64,000 nt of DNA from Steroidobacteraceae bacterium (GTDB lineage: Bacteria; Pseudomonadota; Gammaproteobacteria; Steroidobacterales; Steroidobacteraceae), in assembly GCA_035504015.1 (NCBI GenBank), contig DATJSR010000017.1, positions 10,766 through 74,765 on the forward strand, read 5' to 3'. This document shows, piece by piece, positions 60,262 through 64,000 of the stretch. Made by a program: the position numbers and the translations under genes. The notes beneath the pieces were generated by a model that ran no database searches, was not told where the DNA came from, and worked only from the letters and a program-made list of their open reading frames with translations. Position 1 is the stretch's first letter, and each line of letters begins with the position of its first letter.

Positions 60262-60280
60262 GGGCGATGCAGCGATGTCC

Positions 60281-60309
60281 GCCAAAACCGCCGGGGAAGC
60301 GGTTTTGGC
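60281..60309. terminator. Perfect 11-bp hairpin GCCAAAACCGC / GCGGTTTTGGC (7-nt loop) 9 nt from the TPR gene stop
   Basis: Read directly from the sequence. Confidence 0.5.
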
Positions 60310-60317
60310 CGATCCAA

Positions 60318-61196
60318 TCAGCGAAGCTTGGAAAGCTCGGCGAGCGCCATGTGGTGCTCGAGAAAGCTCGGCACCTTGAGATTGACGGCCGCCGCGAAGT
60401 AGTGCTGCGCGCCGGCGGTGTCGCCCTCGGCGAGGCGGCGCTCGCCGACGTAGTACAGCGCCTCGAGCAGCTCCTCCCGGCGGCGCTCCTCCGCGGGCTC
60501 GCTCATCAGGCTCGAGAGCAGCTTCAGCTCGCCGTCCGCCTGCAGCTGCCGGAAGAGCGTGCTCGACCAGTCGCTACCGAGCGGCCGCGAAACGCTCTGC
60601 GGCCTCAGGTGGGCACGCCGCTGCGCGAGCCACAGAAAGCACTCCCAGTAGGCGGCGCGCCGCTCGTCGACTTCGGCCGTCGCCACCCAGCGCAGCCGGG
60701 TAATCGCCTCCTGCCAGCGCTCCTCGATGAAATCGAGAAGCGCGAGTTGCGTCGCGAGGCTGAGGTTGGCACGGTCGACCGCAAGTCCACGCAGCAGCAC
60801 CGCTCGCGCCTCGGCGTAGCGCCCGGCGTTCATCAGCTCCTGGCCGAGGCTCGCGAGCAGATAGACGGCGCGCGGACTGCAGCCGAGCGCGCGCTGATAC
60901 GCCTCGATGGCCCCGGCCGCATCGCCGAGCGCACCCCGTGCGCCGCCGAGCTGCATGAGCAGTGCCGTGAAGCGCTGCGCCCCGAGCGTCTGAGCGCAGT
61001 CCTTTGCGGGGGGAGGGTTCTGCGCGAGCTGGTGAGACACGCGCGCAAGGCGGCGCCGGTTGTCGGCCTCGTCCGGCTGAGTGCTATAGCTCAGCGTGCT
61101 CGCGTAGTTGAGAAGCAGCGGGGGCTCGGATGCGCTCGCGAGGACGGTGAATGCGAGCGCACACGCGCCCACGAGCCCCGACAGCGCCGCGCTCAC
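60318..61196 (-). CDS. Secreted TPR-repeat protein
   Basis: Track ORF 60318..61196. The GTG start is in a GTGA overlap with the upstream gene. It has a signal peptide MSAALSGLVGACALAFTVLASA followed by TPR-like helices (AIEAYQRALGCSPRAVYLLASLGQELMNAGRYAEARAVLLRGLAVD). Confidence 0.6.
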   Translation of the reverse strand: MSAALSGLVGACALAFTVLASASEPPLLLNYASTLSYSTQPDEADNRRRLARVSHQLAQNPPPAKDCAQTLGAQRFTALLMQLGGARGALGDAAGAIEAYQRALGCSPRAVYLLASLGQELMNAGRYAEARAVLLRGLAVDRANLSLATQLALLDFIEERWQEAITRLRWVATAEVDERRAAYWECFLWLAQRRAHLRPQSVSRPLGSDWSSTLFRQLQADGELKLLSSLMSEPAEERRREELLEALYYVGERRLAEGDTAGAQHYFAAAVNLKVPSFLEHHMALAELSKLR

Positions 61197-62746
61197 GCCG
61201 GCAATCGATCGAGCGCCTGCAGGCCTCCGCGAAGCGAGTACACCGCGTCGTGCCCACGCGCCCGCAGCTGCTGGGCCGCGGCGAGGCTGCGCCTGCCGCT
61301 CGCGCAGAGGAGCAGATAGCGTCCACGCAGGTCGAGCTGAGCGGGCTCGTAGAGCAGTCTCTGCAGCGGAACCGAGCGCACGGCCTGTGCCGGTGCCGGC
61401 GCGGCGGCAAGCTCGTGCGGCTCGCGCACATCGACCAGGGTGAAGCCACGGCGCTCGGCTTCCGCAAGCGTCGCAAAGGAGAGCTCCAGGGAAGGTTCGG
61501 GCGGCGAGCTCGAGTGCGCGCTGCGCACACAGCTACCCGAGGCGCACTCGGCAGCGCGCCGCGCACGCACGCGCGTCACGCTGAGCTGCGTCAGATCGAG
61601 CACGAGCAGCTCGTTGTCGAGCTGGCCGGGAAGATCGAGCAGCAGCTTCAGCGCCTCGAGCGCCTGCAGACTGCCGAATACCCCCGGAACCGGCCCGAGT
61701 ACGCCCGCCTCGGCACAGTTGCCCACGAGCCCATCGCGCGTGGCCTCGGGCCAGATGCAGCGCAGGCATGCGCTCCGTGAGTCGGCGCGCAGCACCTGCA
61801 GCTGTCCCTCGAACTGGTACACGCTCGAGAGGATCGCGGGCTTGCCGAGCCGGACGCACAGATCGTTGAGCAGGAACTTGCTGCCGAAGTTGTCCGTGCA
61901 GTCGATCACGAGCTCATAGGGCTCGAGCAGGGCGGCGCCGTTGTGCGCATCGAGACGCACCGCGTGCACCTGCACGTGCACCTCCGGATTGAGCGCGCGC
62001 AGCCGCCGCGCGGCGAGCTCGGCTTTGAGCTCGCCCACCTCGCTCAGCGCGTACAGGGTCTGGCGGTGCAGATTCGAGGGCTCCAGGCGGTCACCATCGA
62101 CGATGCCGATGCGGCCGACGCCGGCGCCGGCCAGATAGGTGAGCACCGGCACCCCGAGCCCACCGGCACCGACGACCAGGACGCGACTCGCGCGCAGTCG
62201 TGCCTGTCCGAGGGGTCCCACCTCGCGGAGCGCCATCTGGCGCGAATAATCCGGGACGGCTGCGTGAGCGTGGTGGGAGTGGACGCCCGCATCCCCGTGC
62301 TCGTGGGAATGCTGCGCGGCCTCCGCGCAGCGCTCACAGTTGACCCAGCCGGAGTCCCCCGCCTGGTAGTGCTCCTTCTTCCAGATGGGTACTCGGTGCT
62401 TGACCTCATCGATGATGTAGCGGCAGGCGAGAAAGGCCTCCTGCCGGTGACGGGCGCTGACGCCTACCCACACGGCGAGCTCCCCGAGCGCGAGATCCCC
62501 GATGCGATGCACGCAGGCTGCGTGCTCGACACCGAAGCGCTCCAGCGCCTCAGCCAGAATGCGCTCACCCTCCTTGATTGCCAGCGGCTCGAAGGCCTCG
62601 TACTCGAGGTGCGTGACGCGCTGCCCCTCGTTGTGATCGCGCACCCAGCCTTCGAATGCCGCGTAGCCGCCGCAGGCGGGATCGGCCAGCCGCCGCTGCT
62701 CGGTGCCCACCTCGATCGGCTGTCGCCGCAACTCGAAGAGCTTCAT
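61193..62746 (-). CDS. moeB: Fusion protein: MoaE (MPT synthase large subunit) + MoeB/ThiF-type adenylyltransferase + rhodanese
   Basis: The start is ATG 62746 in track ORF 61193..63007. Residues 1-135 are MoaE (GAFEGWVRDHNEGQRVTHLEYEAF...VPIWKKEHY). A His-rich linker follows. Then comes MoeB (RVLVVGAGGLGVPVLTYLAGAGVGRIGIVDGDRLEPSNLHRQ, CLRC), then rhodanese (LLLCASGRRS). Confidence 0.85.
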   Translation of the reverse strand: MKLFELRRQPIEVGTEQRRLADPACGGYAAFEGWVRDHNEGQRVTHLEYEAFEPLAIKEGERILAEALERFGVEHAACVHRIGDLALGELAVWVGVSARHRQEAFLACRYIIDEVKHRVPIWKKEHYQAGDSGWVNCERCAEAAQHSHEHGDAGVHSHHAHAAVPDYSRQMALREVGPLGQARLRASRVLVVGAGGLGVPVLTYLAGAGVGRIGIVDGDRLEPSNLHRQTLYALSEVGELKAELAARRLRALNPEVHVQVHAVRLDAHNGAALLEPYELVIDCTDNFGSKFLLNDLCVRLGKPAILSSVYQFEGQLQVLRADSRSACLRCIWPEATRDGLVGNCAEAGVLGPVPGVFGSLQALEALKLLLDLPGQLDNELLVLDLTQLSVTRVRARRAAECASGSCVRSAHSSSPPEPSLELSFATLAEAERRGFTLVDVREPHELAAAPAPAQAVRSVPLQRLLYEPAQLDLRGRYLLLCASGRRSLAAAQQLRARGHDAVYSLRGGLQALDRLPA

Positions 62747-62753
62747 GCGTGCC

Positions 62754-63641
62754 TCAGCCGCCCGCCACGGGTGGGATGAACACCACGGAATCGCCCTCGG
62801 CGAGGGGCTGGCTCCACTCGCCGAACTCGGCGTTGACGGCCACACGCAGCGACTCGGGGGCGAGCGAGAAGGGATAACGCTCGCGCAGCTCCTGGTAGAG
62901 CTCGCGCGGGGTGCGCGCGCGGGTGCTGAGCGCTTCCTCGCTGCGCCCGGCCTGCTCGCGCAGCAAGGCGTAGTACTGGACACGGATATTGAGCGCCGGA
63001 TCGCCAAGCAGGGTGCGCTCGGCAGCCGAGGGCGCCGCGCCGCCGAGGCTCGCGAGCACCGCGCGATGCTCCTCGGGCGTATTCACGTTGTCGAGCGCGC
63101 GTGGATCGCTGGGCTCGAGCAGCGCGGCATCGGCCTGTAGCAGGAACTTGCGCGGGCACTGACGGCCGCTGGAGACATACGCGGCGAGCGCGACGGCACT
63201 GGCAGGCTCGTACACGGCACACAATGGCTCCGGCAGGCCATCGTGGCTGGAGCGGTAGGCGGTCGCTTGCCGCTCGGCGCGGCGCTCACGCAGCAGGCGC
63301 TCGAGCGTCGCACGCGTGAGGAATGGCAGATCGCAGGCGAGCACCAGCCAGGCGGCCTGCGGGTACGCCTGTTGTGCCGCGAGGATGCCTGTGATGGGTC
63401 CCTGGCTCGCGCCGCGATCGACGATCTGCGCAAAGCGCGCACGCACCGGGTCGTCGACCTGGTCCGCGCGCACCGACACAAAGCTGCGCGCCACGAGGCC
63501 CTCGAGCAGCTGCATCGCACGCTCGAGCTGCGAGGTGCCGTGATAGCTGAGCACGGCCTTGTCGCGCTGCATGCGCGTGCTGCGTCCACCGGCGAGGACC
63601 AGGCCGTACACGGGAGCCGCGGAGGAGTGGGTGGCGCTCAT
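62754..63641 (-). CDS. mobA: Fusion protein: MobA-like Mo-cofactor nucleotidyltransferase + MoaD sulfur-carrier domain ending in GG
   Basis: Track ORF 62754..63641. The N-terminus GLVLAGGRSTRMQRDKAVL...WLVLACDLPFL is MobA/MocA-like. The C-terminal 85 aa, LNIRVQYYALLREQAGRSEE...GDSVVFIPPVAGG-stop, are MoaD/ThiS-like. Confidence 0.8.
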   Translation of the reverse strand: MSATHSSAAPVYGLVLAGGRSTRMQRDKAVLSYHGTSQLERAMQLLEGLVARSFVSVRADQVDDPVRARFAQIVDRGASQGPITGILAAQQAYPQAAWLVLACDLPFLTRATLERLLRERRAERQATAYRSSHDGLPEPLCAVYEPASAVALAAYVSSGRQCPRKFLLQADAALLEPSDPRALDNVNTPEEHRAVLASLGGAAPSAAERTLLGDPALNIRVQYYALLREQAGRSEEALSTRARTPRELYQELRERYPFSLAPESLRVAVNAEFGEWSQPLAEGDSVVFIPPVAGG

Positions 63642-63650
63642 CGGGGTATT

Positions 63651-64000
63651 CTACGGCCGCGCCCGGCGACGGGTCGACGCACGGCGGAAATCGCGCCGCC
63701 CACCGCTTTTCTCCAGCAGCCGCACGCGGGTGATCTCGATATCGTGAGACAGCGCCTTGCACATGTCGTAGACGGTGAGCGCGGCGGCCGTGGCACCCGT
63801 CAGCGCCTCCATCTCCACGCCCGTGCGATGGCGCACCGCCACGCGGCAGCACACTCTCAGCCCTCCGGCGACGGACTCGATCTCCACACTGCAATGCTCG
63901 AGCGCGAGCGGATGACAGAAAGGAATGAGCTCGTGGGTGCGCTTGGCCGCCATGACACCTGCGATGATCGCCGTATCGAAGACCGGCCCTTTGCGGGTGC
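63651..64000 (-). CDS. moaC: Cyclic pyranopterin monophosphate synthase accessory protein MoaC, C-terminal part; the gene continues beyond the right edge
   Basis: The frame stays open to position 64000. [40 protein letters not shown]...[31 protein letters not shown] is MoaC. Confidence 0.9.
   Translation of the reverse strand, partial: TRKGPVFDTAIIAGVMAAKRTHELIPFCHPLALEHCSVEIESVAGGLRVCCRVAVRHRTGVEMEALTGATAAALTVYDMCKALSHDIEITRVRLLEKSGGRRDFRRASTRRRARP

Overview
This 64-kb window is very GC-rich chromosomal DNA (roughly 70% GC by eye, not computed), most consistent with a Gamma- or Betaproteobacterium. I can support about 50 densely packed protein-coding genes. Many are joined by 4-nt start/stop overlaps, and several use GTG or TTG starts. 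I saw no rRNA, tRNA, CRISPR array, transposase, integrase or phage gene, and no compositional island, so this looks like core chromosome rather than an accessory region. Gene order, left to right: emrB-emrA efflux pump with a divergent TetR repressor; a poorly coding 1.2-kb patch; a REC-PAS-GGDEF-EAL protein; a ROK sugar kinase; DUF3237; an exported SDR; a cytoplasmic multi-PAS hybrid histidine kinase; AsmA; a marR / REC-cyclase / NYN-LOTUS module; FAH hydrolase / NTF2-like / folE; an Omp85-type barrel; a TPR-like protein; typA; a GH100-like hydrolase; a PNPOx-like protein; ndh; an ABC exporter; a 14.6-kb alpha-glucan/trehalose operon (glgB-glgE-treS/pep2-glgX-treZ-treY plus a small membrane protein); a glpQ-like gene; yceH; a HAMP-GGDEF-EAL sensor; a small DUF3144-like protein; TrxR-type ferredoxin-NADP reductase; tesB; a CpcT-like protein; an alpha/beta-hydrolase lipoprotein; an FAD oxidase; a Crp/Fnr regulator; a VIT1-family iron transporter preceded by an extremely acidic small protein; proBA; and a molybdenum-cofactor operon with two unusual gene fusions and a secreted TPR protein. 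I did not find a convincing defence-island-type novel system. The best candidates for undescribed biology are (1) the marR / degenerate-receiver cyclase / NYN-LOTUS module, (2) the MobA-MoaD and MoaE-MoeB-rhodanese fusions, (3) the polyacidic protein coupled to the iron exporter, and (4) a possible SD-sequestering RNA switch upstream of the DUF3144-like gene. All functional calls rest on my reading of the translated ORFs. No database search was run, and start codons are the least certain coordinates.
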